Positions 52,664 through 62,599 of a stretch of DNA of 64,000 bases are shown here, one piece after another (the stretch's first letter is position 1; every line of letters starts with the position of its first letter). Under the pieces are notes generated by a model. That model saw only the letters and a program-made list of their open reading frames with translations, was not told the origin of the DNA and searched no databases. The stretch lies in the IMG/VR virus record IMGVR_UViG_3300017971_000190, positions 1 to 64,000 of that record. One strand, 5' to 3'. The position numbers and the translations under genes were made by a program.

Positions 52664-54559
52664 ATGGCTCCGAGAAAAAAGAAAAAAGGGTACAGTGCTG
52701 ACGATATCGATGTACTTCTCGATCTTGACGGAATTAAAAAACGCCCTGGAATGTACATTTCGGATACCAATACTACTGGGTATCATCAAATTCTAAAAGA
52801 AGTAATTGATAACGGAATTGACGAATATACAGACGGACACGCAGACAAGATTTCAATTCGCATCAATACTCAAAAACAAATTGCAGAGGTGAGGGACAAT
52901 GGCCGTGGCATCCCTATTTCTAAACACAAGGTTGCAAAAATCCCTACCCTTACAGCCATATTCACCAAGCTCCACAGCGGTGGCAAATTCGGAGGAGCAT
53001 ATACTAGTGCTACAAGTGGTCTTCACGGAATTGGTGTCAAGGCTACTAACGCGCTATCAACACAGCTCGACGTGTGGACCTGTTGGAACGGCACTGTTTA
53101 CCATCAGCGGTTTAAGCACGGGGAAATAGCCAGCGAGCTGAAGAAAGACCCCAAAAAGAAATTAAAATCTGGTACCATTATTAAATTTCAACCAGACCCC
53201 ACTATTTTTGGGAAGACCAAGTTTAATCCCAAAAGAATCAAAGAGCAGCTTAGAGATATTCCCTTCCTTTGCCCTGGCTTAACCATCACCCTCAAAGTAG
53301 ATAAAGAGGAGCCTAAAGTATTTAGTAGCGATCAAGGTCTAGTAGACATGCTTACCACTGCTACTGAAGCTGCTGGTATTGAGCTGCTCCATAAACCACT
53401 CTTTGCTTCTTCCCCTATCTGTGATTTTGTTTTAGCCTGGTCAGGGGATGCTGATGGAGAAGCTTGGAAAAGCTTCGTCAATGTCTCCCCTACCCCTCAA
53501 CACGGAACCCATGTGGCTGGGCTGAAAAAAGCCATTCAAAAAGTACTCCTGGTTACCAAAGAAGCTAAGAAAGAAAAACTGCGTGGAGATGATCTTCGGG
53601 ATGGTCTAATTGCCATTATTCATGCCAAGGTAATTGAACCCCAATTTCAGGGCCAGACTAAAGTCAAGCTCAACAATAAAGAAACAGAAGATGAAGTTTA
53701 CACGCTAGCTATTACGCATCTCAAAAAATTCGCCGCCAACAATCCAGATGTAATTAAGTATATTGTCAACAAAGCTGTTAAACTACGGTCAGCAAGAAAT
53801 CAGTTCAAAGCACAAAAAGCAGCCATAAGATCTGTTAAGGTTACCCGTGGTGCTAAGGGATTGCTTCCTGGAAAATTGTGTGAAGCTCCTGATTGCCCAC
53901 CTGCGTACCGAGAGCTGTTTATTGTTGAGGGGGATAGTGCTAGTGGCCCTGTTAAGCGGTCCAGAGTAAAGTGTGAAGTTGGAAAAAGTAAGAAAAAAGT
54001 TCATTTTCAAGAGGTTTTGCCTCTGCGAGGAAAAACTCTTAATACAGCTCGTGTAGGAGATCTTGAAAAAGTTATTAATAACAAAGAAATAAGTGCTATT
54101 ATTCAAGCTATTGGTACTGGTATAGGAGATGCATTTAATTTGAGTAAATGTCGATACAGGGGTATTTTCCTTTTAGCTGATGCTGATCCTGATGGTCGCC
54201 ATATTAGTAGTATTCTCCTTGCCTTCTTTGCCCGGTACATGCCTGAGCTTATTGAAGCCGGTATGATTTTCATTGTTAAAAATCCTCTCTTCATGGGTGT
54301 AAGTGCCAAAGACCGCGCTTTTGGGATGACTAAAGCTGAAGTAAAAAAGAAACTTGGGAATCCTAAGAACGTCAGACTAACTCGCTATAAAGGATTAGGG
54401 GAGGCTTCAACAGAAGCTATGCGAACTACCTGTATGGCTCCAGAAACCCGTCAGGTAATTAAAGTTCGTTGGGGTGGGGAAAAGGATCGTCAGCTTGTTC
54501 TCAAATATATGGGTAATGACAGCTCGATTAGAAAAAGGTTGTTGGGGGTCGTAGAATAA
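52664..54559 (+). CDS. gyrB: Type IIA topoisomerase subunit B (GyrB/ParE)
   Basis: KRPGMYI, EVIDNGIDE, DNGRGIP, LHSGGKF, GLHGIG, VEGDSA, PLRGK, DADPDG, RYKGLGE. Confidence 0.95.
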   Translation: MAPRKKKKGYSADDIDVLLDLDGIKKRPGMYISDTNTTGYHQILKEVIDNGIDEYTDGHADKISIRINTQKQIAEVRDNGRGIPISKHKVAKIPTLTAIFTKLHSGGKFGGAYTSATSGLHGIGVKATNALSTQLDVWTCWNGTVYHQRFKHGEIASELKKDPKKKLKSGTIIKFQPDPTIFGKTKFNPKRIKEQLRDIPFLCPGLTITLKVDKEEPKVFSSDQGLVDMLTTATEAAGIELLHKPLFASSPICDFVLAWSGDADGEAWKSFVNVSPTPQHGTHVAGLKKAIQKVLLVTKEAKKEKLRGDDLRDGLIAIIHAKVIEPQFQGQTKVKLNNKETEDEVYTLAITHLKKFAANNPDVIKYIVNKAVKLRSARNQFKAQKAAIRSVKVTRGAKGLLPGKLCEAPDCPPAYRELFIVEGDSASGPVKRSRVKCEVGKSKKKVHFQEVLPLRGKTLNTARVGDLEKVINNKEISAIIQAIGTGIGDAFNLSKCRYRGIFLLADADPDGRHISSILLAFFARYMPELIEAGMIFIVKNPLFMGVSAKDRAFGMTKAEVKKKLGNPKNVRLTRYKGLGEASTEAMRTTCMAPETRQVIKVRWGGEKDRQLVLKYMGNDSSIRKRLLGVVE

Positions 54560-54560
54560 C

Positions 54561-55046
54561 GTGGCTACTTACTGTGAAACTTGTAAAACTTGCAACGGCC
54601 AAAAAAATTGGCCAAAGGGTTCTATTACAAATTGTCCTACTTGTAATGGTTTAGGTTTTATTCCAATTTCTTTACCGTGTCCAAAGTGCGGAGTAGTTCA
54701 CCACCATAAAAATGGTACCTATAATTGTGATTGCAGCTCTAAAATTTACCATAGTCTCAATCGATGGTTAAAGCATGTAGCCTCCTTAAATGCTAGAAAA
54801 ATAGAACCTCTTAGTACCACTATTACTGAAGATGATTTTTGGGCTCATGTTTCTGCTAAAGTGAGAGAGCTTCGTAAGTCTAAATCTTTAAGTCAAGCTC
54901 AGCTAGCCGATGATCTTGGATACACTAGTAGAACTAGTTTTGTCAATTTTGAAGCTGGCAGACAACGGGTACCTGCTTACGTTCTTTTTCATATTGCTTA
55001 TTTGTTAGATGTTAAATTGGAAGAGCTTTTACCATCAGTGGAGTAA
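54561..55046 (+). CDS. XRE-family HTH protein with N-terminal CxxCxG Zn-finger region
   Basis: LR..LSQAQLA..LG..R..FE.G. Confidence 0.75.
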   Translation: MATYCETCKTCNGQKNWPKGSITNCPTCNGLGFIPISLPCPKCGVVHHHKNGTYNCDCSSKIYHSLNRWLKHVASLNARKIEPLSTTITEDDFWAHVSAKVRELRKSKSLSQAQLADDLGYTSRTSFVNFEAGRQRVPAYVLFHIAYLLDVKLEELLPSVE

Positions 55047-55051
55047 AACCA

Positions 55052-55345
55052 TTGTCTAAAAAAGAAGAAATTACCACTTATACCTACACTGATGGTAAGG
55101 TGTCTACTATTGATATAAGTGCAGCAAAAGAAGCTGGTTGGGGTAGTGCTACCGTACATTGCAGCGGAAATCCTCCTCCAGCTGTTACTAAAATCGAAAT
55201 GGAAGAAGTAGACCTTAGTACTCTTACCCTTCCGTTTTGCAATTTGTGTGGGGACAGAACAACACTTTTTAAACCGGTGGGATTTTGTTTCGACCCGATA
55301 CAACCAGATAAAATTCATTATTTTTTTACTCAAACCAGTTTGTGA
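55052..55345 (+). CDS. Hypothetical protein
   Basis: 97-aa ORF. Confidence 0.5.
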   Translation: MSKKEEITTYTYTDGKVSTIDISAAKEAGWGSATVHCSGNPPPAVTKIEMEEVDLSTLTLPFCNLCGDRTTLFKPVGFCFDPIQPDKIHYFFTQTSL

Positions 55346-55600
55346 ACCATGCTCGCACATAATGTTTGACTGGGACGACGAAATTTTGTATACTGACGTG
55401 TTTGGTAAAACAGCCTATCGGTTTAAGAAGGAAAAATGACGTGCACACAGCAAAAGTAGAAATAACCCTGTTAGAAACTAGGTTGGAAGAAATACAGAGT
55501 AGTGGTGCGTCTGGTGTAATTATTGCTCCCTACTTACTGGATAAAATAGTGCGCGATTTAAAAGCTTTCTCTCGTCAAGAAGTTAGAAAAGGAAACAAAA

Positions 55601-56023
55601 GTGCAAACGTTCTTGCCATATGAGGATTTCTACAAATCTGCTCAGTGTCTTGACCGATTAAGATTAGGAAAACAGCGGGTAGAAGTGAAGCAGATTTTAA
55701 TTGCTCTCTTTGACTCTGATTATGGTTGGCAGAATCATCCTGCTGTTCTTATGTGGAAAGGCCACGAAAAATTCTTAGTCCAGTATGGTCTCGCAATCTG
55801 TACAACATGGATTGAAAGAGGTTACAAAGACAAGTGTAAACCACAAATAAAAACACTGGGAAAGTTGTTTAGGAAAAGTACGGAACCACCTTGGTTGGGA
55901 TTAAAAAAGTTCCATCTTTCCCATCGTTCCAATTTGGTACGTAAAAATCCAAAGCACTATGGTCCACTGTGGCCAACTATTAAACCAGATTTGCCTTACT
56001 ACTGGCCGACGAAGGAAAATTAA
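55601..56023 (+). CDS. Pyrimidine-dimer DNA glycosylase-like protein (MSMEG_6728 family)
   Basis: MQTFLPY..LD..RLGKQRVE..W.NHPA..MW.G..SHRSNLVRK..Y.WP. Confidence 0.88.
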   Translation: MQTFLPYEDFYKSAQCLDRLRLGKQRVEVKQILIALFDSDYGWQNHPAVLMWKGHEKFLVQYGLAICTTWIERGYKDKCKPQIKTLGKLFRKSTEPPWLGLKKFHLSHRSNLVRKNPKHYGPLWPTIKPDLPYYWPTKEN

Positions 56024-56268
56024 TGTCACAAGTTCATAAAGACTTTCTTTACTGTCCGTTTTGTTTAATGGAAGGAATACTAAAACCAATTGAAAACGGT
56101 ACGTGTTTGGACACTTTATTGGGAGGACATGGTACAAAAGTACAAGGTTTAGAATTAAGCTGGAATGAAGTGCAGTTTATAGCGCTTAATTACGTACTAA
56201 GTTCTGCCTCTAAAAAAGATTTAGAAATTGGAGTTAAATTAGCATTAAGCGGAAGAAACCCGAAGTGA
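56023..56268 (+). CDS. Hypothetical protein
   Basis: CPFC; abutting gene. Confidence 0.55.
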   Translation: MSQVHKDFLYCPFCLMEGILKPIENGTCLDTLLGGHGTKVQGLELSWNEVQFIALNYVLSSASKKDLEIGVKLALSGRNPK

Positions 56269-58521
56269 GTGAGGAGAAACACCTTGGCTAAGAAAGCTAC
56301 CACTACTGAAGTTGTTGACATTCAAGCTGCCTTGGATGAAGTGGACGTTGTCAAACGAGTACGTACTCACAAAATCGTAAAGAGAGACTTACGGTTATTC
56401 GGTCATTACACTATCGAAAATAGGGCTCTTCCTCGTGTATATGATGGACTTAAGCCAGTACAACGGAGAATTCTCTGGACTCTTTGGAATTTGAGACGCC
56501 ACAGTAAGTCTATTCCGGTTAAATGTGCCACAGTTACTGGAAAAGCAATGGGGGAGCTGCATCCTCACGGTGATGCAGCTATTTATGACGCTCTAGTTAA
56601 GATGGGGTGGTTTCGTTACCCCCTTGTTCAGAAGCATGGTAATTTCGGTGATTCCTATGGGTTGGAGGATGACCCTCCTGCTGCTATGCGTTACACTGAG
56701 ACGCAACTGGAGGCTTTTGGGGATCGCTTCTTTGACGACATTGATGTAATGCCTCTAGCGAAGAGCTTTACAGATGAGCACGAAGAACCCCTTCTGCTTC
56801 CAGCTAGAGTACCTATTACACTGATTAACGGTTGCTCCGGTATTGCTGTAGCTATTGCAACGGATATTCCTCCTCACAATCTAAGAGAGGTAATCGACGC
56901 CACTATTTATTTAGTAGAAAATCCGGATTGTGATCCAGTAGATTTGTTACCCTTTATTAAAGGTCCAGATTACGGTGAAGCAGCTTTAACATCTCCTCGT
57001 GAGGACGTGGAAGCACTTTATCTAACAGGAGAGGGAAAACTCTCTTACGAATGTATTTACTACATTGAAGAAGGGAAGAAAAGTAACAAGTTAATTATTA
57101 CTTCCAAAGCTCCTGGCTTGAGACTGGGGAAGCTGATAAAAGAGACGACAGACCTTCACGAGAAAAAGCTTCTGGTCAGCCCAATTAATGATGAAGGTAC
57201 GATGGAGAACCCGACGTGCCTTACTATTGAGTTCACAGATTTTTCAATTATTAGGGATCGTATTTTTCCACTTCTTAAAACCAACCAAAGCTATCGTTTT
57301 TACGCTCTCGATTCTGAAAATCATCCTCACCGTTACAACCTTCACGGAATTCTAGAAGAGTTTATCGAATTTCGTCGTCAGATTGAAGAGGCTGTTCTAA
57401 ACCGAGAAAAAGCTGCTGTTGAGAAAAAGTTAGGCACCGATGAAGCTAAACTAGTAGCTATTAACAACATTGATTTTGTTGTTGAGGTGATGAAGACTAG
57501 TACCACTATTGAGATAGCTCTTCAGAAACTGATGAAGAAGCTACACATTGAGGAGTGGCAAGCTGAAGTAATTGTCAACAGTCAAATCCGTTCTCTAATG
57601 AAATTGAACAGCAAGTCTGTTCAGAATCGTATTGAAGGGTTTAAAGAACGTCTGGACGAAATTACTGAAGATTTAGGACAGATTGATGTTGTAGTAATTC
57701 GTCGTCTCAAAGAAATGTTAATCTACGCAGATAAAAGAGGTACGCAAATTGGATCCTCTTCTCTAAATCTCAGTGAGACCGCTACAGAGACAAAAGGCTA
57801 CAATTATTTGGCTGTAGATGAAAAAGGAAAGCTTGACCGATTTGAAGAGCTTCCGCTTGACAGTAAAGCAGCTTGGAAGTACGTGGATTTTATAAAATCA
57901 GCTGATCCTCTTGTTATGATGACTGGGGATAATAGAGGCCAGACTGTTTCTATTTCCTACCTGGATAAATTCTCCAGCGGTCAATCTAAAGTAATTGGAA
58001 TGGTTCCAGCTGACGAATCTAAAGCAATTGTGGTGGTAGCTAAAGACGGCTCCTATGTAGCATTTGATCCTCAAAGTATTAAAAAAGACAGATTCAATCT
58101 ATTTAGAAAATTGGAAAGTTCTTTAGTGCGAGCTGTTCCACTCATGCACCCTAAAGATGAACTTATAGTATTGTATAACGATGACAGTGCTACTACACAT
58201 ACTATCACTGATTTGAAAATTACCAGACCTAATGTTGGTGCAAAAAGACTGCGACATAAAGCTAAAGGAAGAGAAGTTATAGACGTATTTGTAAAACGAC
58301 CTAGTGAGTTTCTACTAACAACTGCTGGAGATGAAGTTGGTAGTGGCGAGCTGGATGAGGTTGGAAGCTCCCTCTTTGTGGTGGGGAAGAAGAATCTGGT
58401 AGTTGTTAAAGGTGGTAAGAGGTACCAGTGTACAGAAGATGACGTTCTAGATTTGTTTGAAAGTGGTAAGAATATCACAACCATTATTCCAATTAAAAGA
58501 AAGATTAGAAAGCAAAAATAA
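56269..58521 (+). CDS. gyrA: Type IIA topoisomerase subunit A (GyrA/ParC)
   Basis: RALP..DGLKPVQRRIL, HPHGD..IY, GNFG, AAMRYTE (catalytic Tyr); no clear GyrA-box; start possibly TTG 56284. Confidence 0.93.
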   Translation: MRRNTLAKKATTTEVVDIQAALDEVDVVKRVRTHKIVKRDLRLFGHYTIENRALPRVYDGLKPVQRRILWTLWNLRRHSKSIPVKCATVTGKAMGELHPHGDAAIYDALVKMGWFRYPLVQKHGNFGDSYGLEDDPPAAMRYTETQLEAFGDRFFDDIDVMPLAKSFTDEHEEPLLLPARVPITLINGCSGIAVAIATDIPPHNLREVIDATIYLVENPDCDPVDLLPFIKGPDYGEAALTSPREDVEALYLTGEGKLSYECIYYIEEGKKSNKLIITSKAPGLRLGKLIKETTDLHEKKLLVSPINDEGTMENPTCLTIEFTDFSIIRDRIFPLLKTNQSYRFYALDSENHPHRYNLHGILEEFIEFRRQIEEAVLNREKAAVEKKLGTDEAKLVAINNIDFVVEVMKTSTTIEIALQKLMKKLHIEEWQAEVIVNSQIRSLMKLNSKSVQNRIEGFKERLDEITEDLGQIDVVVIRRLKEMLIYADKRGTQIGSSSLNLSETATETKGYNYLAVDEKGKLDRFEELPLDSKAAWKYVDFIKSADPLVMMTGDNRGQTVSISYLDKFSSGQSKVIGMVPADESKAIVVVAKDGSYVAFDPQSIKKDRFNLFRKLESSLVRAVPLMHPKDELIVLYNDDSATTHTITDLKITRPNVGAKRLRHKAKGREVIDVFVKRPSEFLLTTAGDEVGSGELDEVGSSLFVVGKKNLVVVKGGKRYQCTEDDVLDLFESGKNITTIIPIKRKIRKQK

Positions 58522-59145
58522 ATGACAGGAAAATTAATTGCATTTGAGGGGGCTGATGAAAGTGGGACCACCACACAAGTGAAAGCTGTGGCTGACTACT
58601 TCTCTGGAAAGTTAGAAAAACCAGTACATACTACTTTTGAGCCTTCCTCTTTTCCAATAGGAAAAGTTATTAAAAGTTGGTTGCGAAAAGAGCTACCTCG
58701 TCCTAGTGAGAGAGTGCTAGCCACTTCGTTTATGGTGGACAGATTGCACCATTGGGAAAGTCAAATTAAGCCAATACTGATGGATGGTAGACACGTATTT
58801 ACAGATCGTTTTAGTCTTTCTACTTTTGTGTACCAAAGTGTTAAGCAACCTTTAAAGTGGTTGCAAAAGCTGGATTATTTTCTAGGAGTTCCATTTCCAG
58901 ATTTGACTTTGATTTTAGATCTTCCTGTAGATGTAGCTTTTGAGCGCATATCTAAGCGTGGTGAAGAAAAAGAAATATATGAGGAAAAAGAGTTTCAAAA
59001 AATAGTTGCAAATGGTTATCGTACTCTTCCCTCGGAATTAGATATGCCTTATAAAATTGTTGATGTTTCTCAGTCCGAAAGGGAAGTGACAGAGGACATC
59101 ATAAGTATTCTCCAACCAATTTTGTCTTATGCCGGGATCGCATAG
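58522..59145 (+). CDS. tmk: Thymidylate (dNMP) kinase
   Basis: IAFEGADESGTTTQ P-loop variant, T.EP, DRF, PDLTLILD. Confidence 0.9.
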   Translation: MTGKLIAFEGADESGTTTQVKAVADYFSGKLEKPVHTTFEPSSFPIGKVIKSWLRKELPRPSERVLATSFMVDRLHHWESQIKPILMDGRHVFTDRFSLSTFVYQSVKQPLKWLQKLDYFLGVPFPDLTLILDLPVDVAFERISKRGEEKEIYEEKEFQKIVANGYRTLPSELDMPYKIVDVSQSEREVTEDIISILQPILSYAGIA

Positions 59146-59211
59146 CGGTCGAGTGCACCACTCTTGTAAGGTGGAATTTAAACGTCGTAGGTTCGAATCC
59201 TACTCCCGGCT
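59131..59211 (+). tRNA. tRNA-Thr(TGT) with enlarged variable region
   Basis: gccggga/tcccggc; ccact-ctTGTaa-ggtgg; T-arm gtagg-TTCGAAT-cctac. Confidence 0.8.
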
Positions 59212-59236
59212 AAAACAACCCTTAAAAGGAACAATC

Positions 59237-59629
59237 ATGAATAAAGAAAGACGCCTTCCTATTTTGTATCATATTCAGCACGTAGAAGAAGGAGTTCCTG
59301 TTTCCGAGCTTCCAGAGGGGCATGGTATTGCTGACAGTATTTTCATCGGTTCTGTTATTAACGACGAGGAAGATGAAAGTAAACGTAACTTTTCTTTTAT
59401 GGGAATTGATGGTCAAGCTGGTGATCAAATGTCGCCAGAGGAAGTTTTTGAAATTTGGACTATGATGGCTTTTATGATGAAGGAAAATAACTTCTTTGAA
59501 GAGGAAGACCCTCGTCACAGTATTATTCACAAAACCCTTGAAGAGAATGAGAAGTTCACTTCTTCCTATGTAGAAACAGAAGAGGAAAAAGAAGTAATGG
59601 AAAAAGAACCCAGTCGAATTATTCACTGA
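59237..59629 (+). CDS. Acidic hypothetical protein
   Basis: SD aaagga, ATG ~59237. Confidence 0.7.
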   Translation: MNKERRLPILYHIQHVEEGVPVSELPEGHGIADSIFIGSVINDEEDESKRNFSFMGIDGQAGDQMSPEEVFEIWTMMAFMMKENNFFEEEDPRHSIIHKTLEENEKFTSSYVETEEEKEVMEKEPSRIIH

Positions 59630-59643
59630 GGAGATAAAACACA

Positions 59644-61131
59644 ATGTCCAAAGTAGAAAGAATCAGACTCAACAAATATGTTGAAGTACCACTAGAAACA
59701 AATAGTATTAGTAGTCGTGTTACCGTCAGACTTCAACCGGGAGCTGAGGGATTTCTTATTTATTCTACGATAGAGAGTGATCTTCCTACTGCAAAGTTTG
59801 ATGTGGATTTAGAAAAGTCTAGAATTAGTGTAAGTACAACTTCTCTTCCATCTTCTGCTTACACAGTTTTAGAAGAAGTAGCTCCAGCTGTTGAAGAACC
59901 AACAGCCACAGTGGAAGAACCAAAAATTGAAGGTCCACAACCAAAGGAAGATAAACATATGGAACCTTACAGGCTTAGTTTCTTCGCAATCAAAAAAGGA
60001 ATGCACAGACCCGCTACCAACATGTTCCAACTGGTAGCGTCTAAGCTAGCAGAAACAACAGGCGAGCCTTGGCAATTAAATACTGATGGAATATTTGGAC
60101 CAGGAACAGATGACGTAGCTGAAGCAATTCAAAAATATTATAAACTAACTCCAGTTGATCGCTGGATTGGCAAAGGTAGCTGGAGAGCAATGACTGCTAA
60201 TCTTCCAGAAGATTGGCGAGCACCTTTAAGACTAAGAATTGCAGAATGTCAATGCACTTTCGAAAGTGGTAAAAAAGGCTACGGTTACTATGGGGCTATT
60301 TTTAGAGAAGGTTGGTTTAATTTTGGGATTTGGAATTGCAATCGTGGTAGTGCTAAGAGGATGCTTAAATTAGGTGGAGCACCAAATCATTTAATTAAAG
60401 TTATTGATCAAGCTGATGCTGCTTATCGTGCTTATAAAGAAGCAGATAAAAGTGGTCAGGCTGAAGAAAAAGTGAAGCAGTTAAAAACTACAGCTTACAA
60501 TATTGCTTCTGAAGTAGGAGAATGGTACGGCTCTAAGGCAGGAAGAGAAGCTCAAGTTGGAGTTTATTTCCTTCGTGAAACTCTAAAGCCTAGTATTAAG
60601 AATTTGGTTAATGTGGGATTCGATATTAAGAACTTCGGTATCGACAATCTAGATGACCTAGACAGTGTAGACAAGATCCCGAATCAGTTAGATCCATTTT
60701 ACGAACGTCTGTTGACTCTTTCTTGTGACATCACGATCAACAGTGGTCCTGGAGGGTTTCAGCCAAAGAAGACCCCAAGAGCTTGGGGTGGTCATGGGGA
60801 TGAGGCTTGGCCAGAGGATCGTCTTCCTGACAAAGAATCTGTTAAACATATTTACAGTGAAGTATGGGGAAAAGAAATCCCTGATGATTACACGTTCTTC
60901 TATAGCAGCACCAGAGACACTTATAGACAGGCTTTAAAGCGTTGTTTATGGGAACTTTGTGAAACAGACGAACAACGTATTGAACTGATTGCTGAGCTTC
61001 AATCTCGCTGTATTGTGAGTACATGGAGAAGCATGGTAATTAAACGTCGTCGTTGTGTGGCTCGCAAAGAGGGAGGAAGCTTTCAATTAAGTTATTATTG
61101 CTTATCAGAGCACTTTGGTTTAGGTGTTTGA
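59644..61131 (+). CDS. Peptidoglycan-binding-domain protein, endolysin candidate
   Basis: DGIFGPGTDD.A.AIQ.YY.LT.VD..IG..SW PG_binding_1-like motif followed by a large domain. Confidence 0.6.
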   Translation: MSKVERIRLNKYVEVPLETNSISSRVTVRLQPGAEGFLIYSTIESDLPTAKFDVDLEKSRISVSTTSLPSSAYTVLEEVAPAVEEPTATVEEPKIEGPQPKEDKHMEPYRLSFFAIKKGMHRPATNMFQLVASKLAETTGEPWQLNTDGIFGPGTDDVAEAIQKYYKLTPVDRWIGKGSWRAMTANLPEDWRAPLRLRIAECQCTFESGKKGYGYYGAIFREGWFNFGIWNCNRGSAKRMLKLGGAPNHLIKVIDQADAAYRAYKEADKSGQAEEKVKQLKTTAYNIASEVGEWYGSKAGREAQVGVYFLRETLKPSIKNLVNVGFDIKNFGIDNLDDLDSVDKIPNQLDPFYERLLTLSCDITINSGPGGFQPKKTPRAWGGHGDEAWPEDRLPDKESVKHIYSEVWGKEIPDDYTFFYSSTRDTYRQALKRCLWELCETDEQRIELIAELQSRCIVSTWRSMVIKRRRCVARKEGGSFQLSYYCLSEHFGLGV

Positions 61132-61510
61132 AATGACAAAGCCAATATCTATTTTGGTCGTTGATGATGACCAGAGTATGGCAGAATTGGCTTGTGAGAT
61201 CTTAAATGCCTCCAATTTTAAAACCACTTACGCAAAAAATGGAGTTATTGCTCTCGCTCTTTTATCGATATCAACGTCGTTTGATCTTGTGCTTACTGAT
61301 TTAGATATGCCGTATATTAACGGTATTGAATTGATAAAACAAATCAAAACAAGTTTTCCTCGTGTGAAAACCATTCTCATGACAGGTGGAAGTCACAAAG
61401 GTGTGCAAATTCCTGAGGACATTGATTATTTGGAAAAACCTTTCGACTTAGAAGGTCTTTTAAGTCGAGTCAATTTGGAATTAGAAAAAACAACAGGAGA
61501 AAAACCATGA
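61124..61510 (+). CDS. Single-domain response regulator receiver (CheY-like)
   Basis: ILVVDDD, DLVLTDLDMP..NG, LMTG, EKPF. Confidence 0.92.
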   Translation: MFEMTKPISILVVDDDQSMAELACEILNASNFKTTYAKNGVIALALLSISTSFDLVLTDLDMPYINGIELIKQIKTSFPRVKTILMTGGSHKGVQIPEDIDYLEKPFDLEGLLSRVNLELEKTTGEKP

Positions 61511-62166
61511 AGCGGATTGCATCTTTAATTTTGGTAAGTTTATTTGTTTTATCTTTAGTGGGTTGTCCTACTCCAGATCCAGCAAATCCAAAGGCTAAGT
61601 ACCAGGCAGCTTTTACTACTATTGCTGTTGCTAAAGCTACCGTTACAGCTGCCTACGGCGTATGGAAGGGAGTAGAAGCAAACAAATACCAAGAGTGTAC
61701 AAAAAGGGTTTGTGTTAAACTTCACCCTGTTAAAACCAGCACTGAATTTAAAAGTTGTATGGCTACTGACCAGAGTGGTGTAGACGAGTTCAAAACTTGC
61801 TATGGGGACATGGGTAAGGCAAAAGCTATTATTGATAAAGCTGTTCCGCTTACGCTTTCTTTATTAGATGATACAAAAGACGCCATTGAATTTGCAGTAG
61901 AGTATGAGGTTGCTAAAGAGGCTAAGGAAGCGCAAAAAGATCCTGCTAAGCTTAAAGAATTTTGTGACAAGGCTTTTCCGGCTAAAACTGGAGATCAGTA
62001 TCAGCTTTGCTTGGATGGGAAAGATGTTAAAAAAGCAGACTGGAAAGGTTTTCTAGTAGCCCGCTGTTGTACTGTAGACAAAGCATTTGCCTTCATGCCT
62101 GATGCGTGGGCTAAGTATGTGGAGCCAATTCGAGTTTGGTTTAGAGCTTACGGTAATTGCAAGTAA
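61507..62166 (+). CDS. Lipoprotein of unknown function
   Basis: Lipobox LVGC; SD aggag. Confidence 0.75.
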   Translation: MKRIASLILVSLFVLSLVGCPTPDPANPKAKYQAAFTTIAVAKATVTAAYGVWKGVEANKYQECTKRVCVKLHPVKTSTEFKSCMATDQSGVDEFKTCYGDMGKAKAIIDKAVPLTLSLLDDTKDAIEFAVEYEVAKEAKEAQKDPAKLKEFCDKAFPAKTGDQYQLCLDGKDVKKADWKGFLVARCCTVDKAFAFMPDAWAKYVEPIRVWFRAYGNCK

Positions 62167-62254
62167 CAAACACAGTTTAATTACCCTTTCTTTTTTCTTT
62201 AGCTCCCTTTTGTAAAACTAATTTGTTGGTCAATTAAAGTAGGAGAAGACCCAT

Positions 62255-62599
62255 ATGGAACAGCCTACATGTGTTTATTTGGTTTACTGTGATAATTTGT
62301 TTACAGGATTGACTGACTTACCGACACTAGAAAGAATATTTCTCAGTCAAGAAAAGGCGGAAGCTTACTTGGCTAAAAACCCTCGTCCTGGACAAATTGA
62401 AAAGTGGTTTCTAGAAGATTTTTTCGAGAAAAACTCTGAAAATAAGAGGGTAAGTACAATAAATACAAAAGATACTTACGATCACGAAGTCCTTGCAAAA
62501 GAAAATGAAGAAATTAAAGAGAGAACTAAACGCTTACGGGAAGCAGATCAAAAAAGGAAGAATCAGCGGATAAAACACCGTACCCCTAACTGGACGTGA
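62255..62599 (+). CDS. Hypothetical protein
   Basis: SD aggag. Confidence 0.65.
   Translation: MEQPTCVYLVYCDNLFTGLTDLPTLERIFLSQEKAEAYLAKNPRPGQIEKWFLEDFFEKNSENKRVSTINTKDTYDHEVLAKENEEIKERTKRLREADQKRKNQRIKHRTPNWT

Noticed and set aside
26074-58521. Stop-codon reassignment suggested by CTA/TTA tRNA-like loops
   Set aside because: Long conserved genes are intact in the standard code and end at TAA, TAG and TGA with tight gene packing
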